Assembly: GCA_050273025.1 (NCBI GenBank)
Contig: CP158635.1
Location: 23,932,001 to 23,996,000, forward strand
Reading direction: 5' to 3'
Source of the DNA: Cenococcum geophilum
Taxonomy: Eukaryota
Length of the DNA: 64,000 nucleotides
Shown: positions 40,701 to 52,527 of the stretch, in pieces
Numbering within the stretch: the first letter of the stretch is position 1
Layout: each line of letters opens with the position of its first letter
The notes under the pieces: generated by a model
Seen by the model: the letters and a program-made list of their open reading frames with translations, nothing else
What the model was told of the DNA's origin: nothing
The model's database searches: none
Program-made: the position numbers and the translations under genes

Positions 40701-43700
40701 ACTGGAAAAGCAAGAGACGCATCTTAGTACCTATAAATAAAGTTATAACGTTTAGATTAGCACAATAAAGGTTTAAACTTAAGGATAAAGACGAGCTAAG
40801 AGTTAACCTAAAGTACCTAGCACATTATACGTTATTATGGATTACGTGCGTAGACGACATATACAAAATATATAAGAATCTAAAGGAAAAGAATCGGAAA
40901 TACCCTATAAGGATATACTAAATAATAGACAAGTAATAGTATAGGAATACTAAATATATATACGGATAGCATCCAGCAAAGATCCAAGAGGAAGGAAGTT
41001 TAGTACTTTAACTAAAAAGATTCCTCACAGAAGAATACTTAGACAGACAATAGTAGTAGAAATACCCAGAAAACACGTGTTTATAGTATATTAAAGATAA
41101 AAAGCGAACTAGGCATTAGCTAAAGAGTAAGCCAAGTGCACTAGGATTAAGTAGCTAATAGTTAAGAAAAGTAGAGGCCCACGGGACCAGAGGGAGCTAG
41201 TAGTAGAGCCTTAGACCCTTAAAGGAATTTAAGGACGATACCTAAATTTATAGATTAATTAGTAAGATCAGTAGTTTAAAGCGCTAATAGATAGTAGAGC
41301 AACACAAAACCATATCTTACTAGTAGCAGTTAAGAGAATAGGGCTACCTTACAGATAAAAGGAGTAACCTTACCTATTAGTTATAATTTTAGGAGATCTA
41401 ATAACCTATAGAGGAGGGATTATCAATCTTAAAATAGGACCTATTTAGATAACTATTAAAGGAAAATAAATTAAGATGTCTTTTAATATCCTACTATTGG
41501 GACGGGACGAGGCAGTATTAGGTATACCTTAGTTACAGGAATACAATCCAAGGATTAATTGGATTATAGGTTAAGTTAATATTAGAGATACTTAATACCG
41601 CAAAATGCGATAATAAGCTAAGTTGGTATAGTACTAAGTAGGAGCAACCTATAAAGAAACAGAAAAAGGACTAAGCTATATACCAAAAAGATACTATAAG
41701 TACGGCAAGAAACTATAGTTACTGGAAAGTAAAAAGCTGTTAGAATATATAGCATAGGATTATAAGATAGAGTTAGAACCAGAAATAAGTCTAAGGTTCT
41801 TTCTAATCTATAAGCTTACTAAAGAGAAAGGTAAAGCGTTAAAAGAGTTTATCTAGGAAAATCTATAAAAGGGATATATTAGACCATCGTAGTTATTAGC
41901 GGGTTATCCAGTACTATTTATACTAAAGAAAAATAGTAAACTAAGGCTATATATTAACTATAGACAGTTAAATAGCATTACTAGGAAGAATAGATATCCT
42001 TTACCCTTAATTAGTGAAATTTAAGACAGGATAGGTAATGCGCAAATCTTTATAAAGATAGATCTAAGATGGGCGTACCATTAAATTAGGATTAAGGAAG
42101 GCGACAAATAGAAGGCAGCCTTTAGGTTAAAGGAAGGACTATATAAACCATTAGTTATGTAATTTGGGCTTATAAATGTATTAGCAACGTTCTAAAAGCA
42201 AATCAATAATATATTAGGAGAATACTTAGATGAATTTATTATAGTATATTTTAACGATATTATTATCTACTTAATAACTAAGAAAGAACACGGGGAACAC
42301 GTTAAATAGGTCTTAAAGAGACTATAAGAAGAACAGATGCTAGTAGCAATTAAGAAATGCGAGTTCTTTACTAGGAAGACCGATTTTATTAAATTCATTA
42401 TTAAACCAGGCCAACTCAGTATAGATCTAAAGAAGATTAAGGCTATAGTAAATTGGCAGGAACTAGAGAACGTTATATAGTTAAAATTATTCCTAGGGTT
42501 TTGTAATTACTGCAGAAGGTTTATAGCATAGTAGTTAAAAAATATTAAGCTATTTACGCAGTTAATAAAGAAAGAAGAACTATAGGTATAGGGGGAAGAG
42601 TAAAGAGAACTCTTTAAGAAAGTCAAAAAGTTGTTTACCTAAGAGCCAGTTCTTAAGATCTATTAACTAGGACTAGAGATAGTTGTAGAAATAGATACAT
42701 TAGACTATATACTAGGGGCGTGCTTTATATAAAGGCATTAAGATAAATAGCACCTAGTAGTATACTATAGTTAGAAGATAACACCACCGGAGTTAAACTA
42801 TAACATCTATAACAAGGAGTTATTAGGTATAGTTGCAGTATTAAAGGAATAAAGAGCATTCTTATAAGGCATAGAGAAACCATTTATAGTTAAGATGGAT
42901 TATAAAAACCTAATTGGATTCCTAATAACAAAGGAACTTAACTAAAGATAGGTTAGATGGGCAGAGATGCTTGCGGAATACTATTTTAAGATTTAGTATA
43001 CTAAGGGTACAGATAATACGCGGGCAGATGCTCTAAGCCATAAAGCTAAACTACAAAATAAGGAAAAGCCATTAGGGGCTTTATTGCGAAAAGATATAAA
43101 CAGATTAATTAGGTATAATTACCCGAAAATCGCAGCAACTTAAAAAGATAATGAACTAGAGAAAATCTATAAGATACCAGAAAGCTTTTAGGCATAAAGA
43201 ATTCTAGAAGTATAGCTAGAAGATTTACAGACGGATATATACAAAAATTGAGAAGTAAAGTATATCCTAAAAAGTATAGTAAAGCAGTTTATAGAGGACT
43301 TCTATAAGGGACTAACCTAAGGATATAATAGAGCTATAAGCTTAGTGTTAAGACTCTAGGAGGAGTACATTATTAACGGAATCTGGAGGATAGCTAAAAA
43401 GGTTATAAAGGAATATCTAGATTACTAAAGGAATAAACTAATAAGGCATAAGCTATATAGAGAGCTATAACCTATTAAAATACCAGAGAGACTATGGGAG
43501 GTTATATTATGGGACTTTATTATTAAGTTACCAAAATTAAAAGATCCTATTACCGGATAAGATTATAACGCGATCTTAGTGATAGTAGATAAGCTTATAA
43601 AGTAGGGATACTTTATAGCATGCACAGAAGAAATCTCAGCAGAAGATGTCGCTAGAATCTATATTAAAGAAGTGTTCGCAAGATATAAAGCATTAAGTAA

Positions 43701-45697
43701 AATTATATTAGATAGAGATTTAAGATTTATAGCAGTATTCTAGGAAGTATTTTTAGTAGAGCAAGGAGTTTGAGTAGTAACTTCTACTATATATTATCCG
43801 CAGACAGACGGTTAAATAGAAAGGTTAAATTAGACGCTAGAGCAGTATCTAAGGCATTATATTAATCATGTATAAAACAATTAGGTATCGCTATTACTAA
43901 TTATATAGTTTATATATAATGCAACACCTTAAGAAAGAATAGGCATATTACTATTTAAAGCAAATTATGGATATAAGCTGAGAATATCGTTATTACTACA
44001 GCAAGTAAAGAAAATAAGTAGTACAGCTAAAGAGAGAATAAAGACATTAATAAATCTTTATATAGACCTTATAGAATTAATAAAGAAAGTATAAAAGAGA
44101 ATAAAAAAGTACTATAATGCTAAGAGATCTAAGGGACTAGATCTTAAGGAGGGAGATAAAGTATAGCTACTATATAAAAATTTCAAGAGTTAATAACTAA
44201 GCAAGAAATTGGACCATGTCAGACTAGGACCTTTTAAAATTACACAGAAGATTTCACCGGTTATATTTAAGTTAAACCTACTAGCTAAAATAAAGATCTA
44301 CCCTATATAGCATATTGTAATACTAGAGCTAGTATATGGGAATATTAAGCCATTAATCTATAAAGTAGATACGTATAGAGGATAAGAAGAAGACAAATGG
44401 TAAGTATTAAAGATTATTAATTATAAGGACATTAACAACAAAATATAGTATGAGGTTAAGTGGATAGGCTATACTAAGACTACCTAGGAGCTACTAGAAA
44501 ATTTAAAGAACGCTATAGAAAAGGTATAGGAGTATTAAAAGAGATTAGGTTAGGCAGTATTAATAAAAAAGGATCGCCAAAGAATAAGTCACCTAAGGGG
44601 GACCTAAGAAGAGTAGTTACTAAACTACTTGGATCTATTTCCTTCTCTATTAGAAGAGAATCCGTTCTTTTATTACCTAGTTCCTATAAACCTTATTCTA
44701 TAAGTTTTTACTCCTTAAAACAAACCTTCTTATAAACCTTCTTAAGACAAAGTAGATAAGTAAATGCCGCAATTTAAGTATCTAAAGCCTTCTATTCCGT
44801 ATTATGGGAACGTTCTAACTTAGCAAGGGCTTACAATAGTTCACCATCTAGCCGTATAGTAGCAGATTAAATACAAAACCCTAAGATAAATTAATTAGGG
44901 AACTAGATAACTATTAAGAGTAATAGGTTGCGTATATTTAGTATTAAAAGTAGAGCGAACGTCACAGGACAAATAAATATTCGCTTTAGTACACTCCGCG
45001 TAAGAGGATGGTTATTATAAAAATAGGTTTGCCAACATAATATAAACTAACCCCTTTTTTAAATAATAAGAACACGGAGACGGTATAATCTTACTAAGAG
45101 ATAATATTGCAGTAATAGTGCGAGCACAACGTTGGGCGTATAAAGAAGAAATTACTTTAGGCATAATAAGCAATAATATTAACCAAATTAATTAAACGGA
45201 TATTATACCTCTAGTGAACAACTTAGAGATATTTCAGATCTTTAAGGACGAAGATAAAGAGGAGGGAAATAGTATTACGGACGCTTTAAGTACAATATTA
45301 TAACTACTTAAAGAAGAGACAGAAGAAGCTAGTTAGTTAATTTAGGTATAGTCCGGAATAGAGCCAATAGAACTATATAACGAGGAATAGTAACTAAGGT
45401 TATATAATATGCTACGTATTAAATAAGAAAAACAAGAGGAACTTATATACCTTATATATAAGACATATATCACGTATAAGAAGGATTTTATAGGAGTATG
45501 GTTGTGTATTTAAGGACCCTTAGTCCCTACCTAGATAGTTCCTTCCTTATAGTAATTCTCAGAATACAATTGGAGTTAATCTATTGGGCAACCACTCCAC
45601 CAGTTGTTATTACGTTGTTGACTTTTATACTTGCATTTCCTACACACCTAGCCCATTGACAAGCCCATCGTAGTTCTTGCTACAAGGTTCCGTTACA
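37747..45697 (+). mobile_element. Ty3/Gypsy chromovirus, full length (7951 bp), same family as 14996-22945
   Basis: 425-bp LTRs at 37747-38171 and 45273-45697, TSD CTTTA. Protease ALIDS(G)A near 41281, RT near 42245, IN YPQTDG near 43795, chromodomain YEVKW.GY...T.E...NLKNA at about 44390-44515. Confidence 0.95.
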
Positions 45698-48600
45698 CTT
45701 TAGTAAAGGCATTTTTAAGGTCTTAGAACGCCTTCTTATAGTTAGGCGTCTAGGTAAAGCATAGGTACGTTTTTCTTCCTTTTATAAAAAGGCCCTTTAT
45801 TTATATTATTGCTATAAGTGGTGCTACTATACCTAAGAAGTTATATATAAATTTCTAATAGAAGTTAATAAAACTAAGGAAGGCTTATACGTCCTTAATA
45901 CAGTTAGGGGCTTACTATTTAGTAATTATGCGTACCTTCTTAGGGTCTATACGGACACCCTTAGCAGTAACAATTAGTTTAAGGTATTTTACTTCTATAA
46001 CTAAGAATTTGCACTTCTTTAAATTAATATAGAGTTCTGCTTCCCTAAGGCGCTATAGAACCTTTTAAACGTGCTTAGTATACTTAGAAGGGTTATCGCT
46101 GTAAATAAGTATATTGTCTAGGTACGCCAAGTAGAAGTTATTAAGGTAGTCCCGTAAGGCGTTATTAATATAGCTTTAGAAGGTGCTTGGGCCGTTATAT
46201 ACACTAAAGGGTATAACGGTATATTTAAATTGGCTAAAGCGTAATGCGAATGCGGTTTTCTATTTATTACCTTTCTGTATTTAGAGATAGTTAAAGGCAG
46301 CAATAATATTAAGCTTGGTATAGATTTTGGCTTAACTAAGCCGCTTAAGGGTCTTATATATAAGCGGTACTGGGTATTAGTTCTTAATTGTAATAGTATT
46401 AAGTCCTCTATAGTTAATATAGAATTAAATACCTTCTTCTAGCTTCTTAGTAAGAAGGATAGGGGCGGCTGCTAGTAATATGCTAGGACGAATAAACCCT
46501 TTATTAAGGTACTTGTTAATATACTTTTTTATAACTAGAAGTTTGTCTTTTAATATTAGGTAGGGTCTCCTATAAAGTAGTATTTTTCCTTATTTAATAT
46601 TAATGGTATAGTTGTTAGGTTAGTGTAGGGGGAGTATATTTACACCCTTTTATAGGTACATATTAATAAAGTCATGGTACTTCTTAGGGAGGAGCTTATG
46701 GAGTTCCTTATTGGTAAGTCCCTTTTTAAGCTTTATAAACTTCTTAAAGTCTAAGGTTAAGAGTTTATTAAGTTTTACGAGCGGGTTGTCCTCTAAAAGG
46801 TTTACTAAATCTATTCTATTACTATAAAGGACGTAATTCTGTTCTTTATTAAGTTTATATAGCTGTAAGTAGGAGGCCGCTATAATAACCTAGCTTTTCC
46901 TTTATGCTATATAATAGAAGGCTACGGCACTAACGTAGTAATAGTTAGTCGTAGGTAGTATAATTAGAGGTTCTTTAGGTTAATATCCTAGGGAGTAGGT
47001 AGAAGCGGCTAGGCTATACCCTAGGCAGGTCTCTCTATAGTAGTTAGAGTTAAAGGTTACTTCTTTTTTCTTCTAGTTAATAATAGAGTTATATTACTTA
47101 AGCTAGTTTATTTTAAGAATAATAGGGTAATTAGTAAGTGGTATAATATAGGCCTAAAGCTCTTCTTAGTGTCCGGTTATATTTAGGTAGAGTTATGCTA
47201 TATAAGTAATCTTTTATATAGTATAACTACTGTTAGCAAGTTGTAGGGCGTGGGCTTTAGTAAGAGGTAAGGTTAGTAGGTTATATTTACGCACGAATTA
47301 GGTATCTATAAATTTATTAATAGCTTTGCAGTTAATTATAGAACGGTCTTTATATTGTTTTTTAGCAGTTATTTCTATTATAGGTAAAACTATCTATTTC
47401 CGTCCGTTTATTCTTACTAAGTTATTTATTAAATAGGCCGATATATAGATCCCTCTATTATTAGGGTGTCCTAGCTCGCAACTTAGGGCTAGAACTAAGC
47501 ATTTCCCGCTACTTTTACTACTGCTACTTCTTTATCTTATATGGTAATGGTGTATAGCGAGGTATTTAGTGTTTAAGGTGTAAAGTTAGGTATTAGGCGG
47601 TAATTACTAAACCTAGCTATTAGGCAGTTCGGGTTTTCGTAATAATAGCCTTCTTAATAGTATTTATAGCAGTACCCTAGCTTCTAAAGTAGCTTACACT
47701 CTTTATCTAGGAGTTTACGTAGAAAGGTTAGTATAGAGAGGTTAATATTAGCTCTAGTAATAGTATTAGTAGTAGGTGTTAGTAACCTAGTATATATAAG
47801 TATAGTTAGCCTAAAGGGCTTTTATATAGGAGCCTTTAGGTAAAGGTTAGTAGTAGAGATCTAATTTAGCCGTTATTTAATCTTTTATAGGGCTGCCACT
47901 ATACTATAAACGTTATTATAATTATAACTAGCGGCAACGTAACTAAAACAATAGGTAACCTTTTTTAAGGAGGTCTTCTTAGTCTTTAGTATTATCTTAA
48001 GAGAGAACTTTAGTATATTTCTGGAACTTAATATAGAACTCGTTAAATGACTTAGTGGGACTTATCTTTAGGGCGCGTAGTTTAGCTTAACTAGTAGCTA
48101 CTAGGTAGTAGTCGCGATATATTAAATTAAGATCGTTAAGGACCTTATAGTAGGACTGCCACTTTTAGGGGCTATTAGTCTCCTATTAGGCGAAGAGTCT
48201 ATTAAATAGGGTACCTTTTATATGCCCGATAATGTAACTAATCTTAGTATCCTCCCTAGGAAAAAGGTAGGCGCTCTAAGTTAGTTTTTTGCGGATTTAT
48301 ATCTTCTAGTAGCTATATTCCTTACGGTCTCCCTAAAAGACTAGGGGATTAGGGTATTATATATTAGACCCCGCAATTATAGCTTAAGTTTAGTCGCTAT
48401 TATAGGGGTTATCCCTATTAAGTAAAGCTGCTTAATGCTAACTTTTAGCTAAGTATTAGGTAGGTAAGGTTGCTAAAGGCGTAAAGACTTAGGTAGTGTA
48501 GTGTGTAGTAAAGAGGTACTTAGCATTATTACGGATATGCTCATTAAGCTAAGACTATAGGTATTTAATTATACCCTCCTTTTTAGTAACCTGGGTAATA

Positions 48601-49415
48601 AGTATAATCTTAGCTTTTTTTAATTATTAAACGTTGCGCTTAGATATATAGAGGTTATCTTTAGTCTTTTAGTATATGTTATTAGCAAGTACCTTACTAG
48701 CTTATAAGTTTTAGATAATATTATAATCTTAGGCAGTACGTAGTTTAGCTTATATAAGCTTTAGATAGTAGTTCTATAAAAGGCAATAGTATTTATTAGG
48801 TTCTCTTACTACTATTTATATAAATATCTTAGCATTTTATATTTTAATCTTAATAGGTAACTACCCTTCTAGTTACTTTTCCGTGGCTATATAATTAATA
48901 AAGGATAAAACATCGCCAGTATCTATCTCGTTAAGGTTATTACTATAGCCACCTATACTAATAGGGGTGTACCTATCCTGCTAGGCTAGTTAACTCTTAT
49001 TATCTTTAAGGTAGTACTAGGTACTTAGGGGTATTTATAGTTATAACTCTTTTAAGCCGCTAGGCTTACCCTTAAGGGTTAAGGCTAGGGTTAATAAATT
49101 AAATTCTCTTAGGATTAATTGGCGTTGTAGGTTAAATTAGGGTATTAGGTTACTCTTTAGGCTTAATATAGTGGCTAGTAAGGAATATTATCTTATTATT
49201 ATAGTGCGAGGGTTGCTTATAGATACGCTATTTCTAGCAGCGCCTATAGTATTATAAAGATATAGAATTGATTATAGGCTAGGTATTAGTAGTAAAAAAA
49301 AGGCGTAATATAATATTATAGGGCGTGGAATAGTGGCTGCTAAACGTATATATTTAAGGAGTCTATAAGACATTACGCAATTAATCGTAAGGATTAAGGG
49401 CGTAGAAAGGTGATA

Positions 49416-51244
49416 ACGTGTTCTACTACTTACCTAGTAATACTAGTCACCTAGCCACCCTACTAAAATTAATACGCGTTTTTGTATAATTGCTCCACTA
49501 TAACTAAATAAATTTAATTAAAATCTAGCCTATAGCTTCTCTAGTTATTAGTATATTAACGCCTGTTATAGCCTTAGATATGGCAATTTAAGTATATTAG
49601 TAGTGCGCGCTAGCGCACCTAAGCAGCCTCTCTTTAGGTCTTCTCTACCTTTATATTATCTAACGCCTTAATTAAGCGCTAGCCCTCTTAAGCTTGTAGA
49701 GCTCCTCCCTATACAATATACCTTTAGCACTGCTATTACTTTTGCTTTTAACGTTAATTTGCTATATAAAGCTCTAAATTCTCCTTTATAAGTATAACTG
49801 CTAAATACATTATTATCTAGTATCCTTTAATAAGTTAATTAATTGCTTGGCTAGGGCTTTATAACTAGCGCTAAAGTAGGTTATATATAAGCCTTGCCTA
49901 CTACTTTAGCTAAGTAGTAGTATATAGTGTTTCTGACGTCTATTAAGGTGCTAGGCCGTTGGCTATGCCTAGTAGAGAGGGTGTCTTTAGGACTGGAAGC
50001 GACGATAAGACGCGCTAAGGGTTATATGGCAGTAGGCCTATAGCAAGAAATCCACTTCTAATATTCTAATTTAAGAAGATAAATAGCCGTACCTTTTTAT
50101 ATATCTATAGAAAGTTTTCTTTATTAATATAGTGGATTCCTTAGCGGGTAAAGTTAAGCACCTCTTGTCCGTACGCGTGCTTAAGAGAAGAGTAGTAGCT
50201 TATATTAAGTGGCTAAAGAAGGTATAAGGTATGCGCGGGCATACAGAGCGTAATAATCTTATTTGCAGTATAGAATTAATCGAATTTAGGTATTGCGTAG
50301 CTACCATAGCCATTAAAGATAAGGAGGTGGTAGACTCCCTTTATATAAGACTGCGTACACTTATTAAAATACTAAATCTATTTATACCCTAGCTCATCTA
50401 TAGTCCAGCTATTATTACTAACAGCGAGTATCTAGTTAGTAGGTAGGCCTTAATACTAGCCTAACTAATGGAGCTTTCCTACTAGGATAAGAAAGGGTAG
50501 GATTACCCACCCAGTCGCGTTAACTGCTTCAATAGCTGCTACCCACTTACGATTACCTAGCTACACAGTAATTACACGGCCTACGGTATTAGAGCTAGTA
50601 ACAACCTTTAAGGTTACAGCTATACCCATTATAAATCCAGTCTCGTTAAAGTTATAGGTATCTTCATTAAGTATACCATATGCCTAACGCGTCTCCTCCA
50701 CAAGCTTAAACCACAGGCCTATTATCTTTGGATCCTCGCATTTCGCACGTTGCAAGTGGAATTTATAATTCCACTTTATCTAAAGCTCTGGCTAAGCGTT
50801 AATAAATTATAATACCCAGTTCTTGCTAACTAGCTATAGGGGAGGATTCTGGCCACGCGCAGCGAGTAATACGTCTACCATTCGTCGTACGTCAATGATC
50901 TAGGGGGGAAATCCGCGTTAATTGAGCTCTAGGATCCACTGAACAAGCGACTGCTCCTCAAATGGCTGTAGCTTTCGTTTTTTGGCGTTAGATTGCGCGA
51001 TTAGTACTAAGCCCTTAACGCGGAGCTAGAGGCTAGCTCAAGGAACGCTATACAACTTTACTGCCCTATAAAGGCTTAAAAACTAATTATTTTGAACGGC
51101 TTGCTTCAAAAGAGCTATTCTACCTTCTTTTTGAAGCTTCTGGAGCTTCTGTGTTGATGTCATTGTTAATTTAATTGAAGACGCGTCTCGATTTTGGTGG
51201 GGTGGCTAGGTAACTAGTGTTGCCAGGTAAGTGGTGGAACACGT
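49416..51244 (-). mobile_element. pogo/Fot1-family DDE transposon (1829 bp), RIPed
   Basis: TIRs ACGTGTTCCACCACTTACCTGG...GCCACCCCACCAAAAT, TA flanks, ATG at 51163 (MTSTQKLQKLQKEGRI), EEQSLVQWILEL..RGFPP, RAKCEDPK, YNF(D)ETGF.MG. Confidence 0.95.
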
Positions 51245-51246
51245 TA

Positions 51247-51672
51247 ACGTATCTTACCACTTATCCGCCCACACTAGTCATCCGCCCACTCTAAAAACCC
51301 ACCAAAAATTAGAAAAACTGTACCTTAATATCTTAATAACGGCTTTATAATAAATTCTAAAATTTTATAATTAGCCTTTTATATATATTTTAGATATCTT
51401 ATTAGATTTAAAAAGTAATCTATTAAGTAGCTCTAGAGATATTATATTTTAGCTTAAGATTAAGGGCTAAAACCTAATATCTTAATAACGGCCAGGCTTA
51501 TTATACTAAAACTTTATTAAGAGTCTTAATATAGGTATAAAAGGCTAATTATAAAATTTTAGAATTTATTATTAAGCCGTTATCAAGATATTAAGGTGCA
51601 GTTTTTCTAATTTTTAGTAGGTTTTTAGGGTAGGCGGATAACTAGTATAGGCGGATAAGTGGTAAGATACGT
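51247..51672. mobile_element. MITE A (426 bp)
   Basis: TIR tip ACGTATCTTACCACTTATCCGCC, long inverted arms, TA flanks. Confidence 0.9.
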
Positions 51673-51674
51673 TA

Positions 51675-52108
51675 ACGTGTTCTATTAGTTATCTAGTAAT
51701 ATTAGTTATCTAGTAGCCCTAAAAACCACTAAAAATTAGAAAAACTGCACCTTAATATCTTAATAACGGCTTAATAATAAATTCTAAAATTTTATAATTA
51801 GCCTTTTACGCCTATATTAAGACCTCTAATAAAGTTCTAGTATAATAAGTCTGGCCAATATTTAGATATTGGGTTTTAGCCCCTAATTTTAAGATAAATT
51901 ATAAATATCCGTGATATCTCCAGAGCTACTTAATAGATTATTTTTTAAATCTAATAAGAGGTCTAAAATAGGTATAAAAGGCTAATTATAAAATTTTGGT
52001 ATTTATTATTAAGCCATTATCAAGATATTAAGGTGCAGTTTTTCTAATTTTTAGTGGTTTTTAGGGCTACCGGATGACTAATATTACTAGATGACTAATA
52101 GAACACGT
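51675..52108. mobile_element. MITE B (434 bp)
   Basis: TIR tip ACGTGTTCTATTAGT(C/T)ATC, long inverted arms, TA flanks. Confidence 0.9.
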
Positions 52109-52110
52109 TA

Positions 52111-52527
52111 ACGTGTTTTATCAGTCATCTAGTAGCCCCAAAAACCACCAAAAATTAGGAAAATCGCATTTTGATATCTTAATAACGGCTTTATAATAAA
52201 TTCTAAAATTTTATAGCTAGCCTTTTATACCTATTCTAAGACTCTACTCTAACTTTAGAAGTAATTTATTAAGTAATTCTAGAGGAATAGCAATTTAGCT
52301 TAAATTTGGGGGCTAAAACTTAATAAAGCTTAATATCTTAATAACGGCTAGGCCTATTATTCTAGAACTTTAATAGGAGTCTTAGAATAGGTATAAAAGG
52401 CTAGCTATAGAATTTTAGAATTTATTATAAAGCCGTTATTAAGATATCAAAATGCGATTTTCCCAATTTTTGGTGGTTTTTGGGGCTACTGGATGACTGA
52501 TATTACCGGATGACTGATAAAACACGT
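52111..52527. mobile_element. MITE C (417 bp), inverted copy of the 12116-12549 MITE with one 17-bp subterminal unit deleted
   Basis: Direct comparison with 12116-12549. The left arm lacks CCGGTAATATCAGTCAT. Confidence 0.9.

Noticed and set aside
12116..52527. Inverted pair of near-identical MITEs bracketing the island as a composite transposon
   Set aside because: Each has its own TA duplication and the right copy sits inside an LTR. The real boundaries are the TIR and 9-bp TSD further out.
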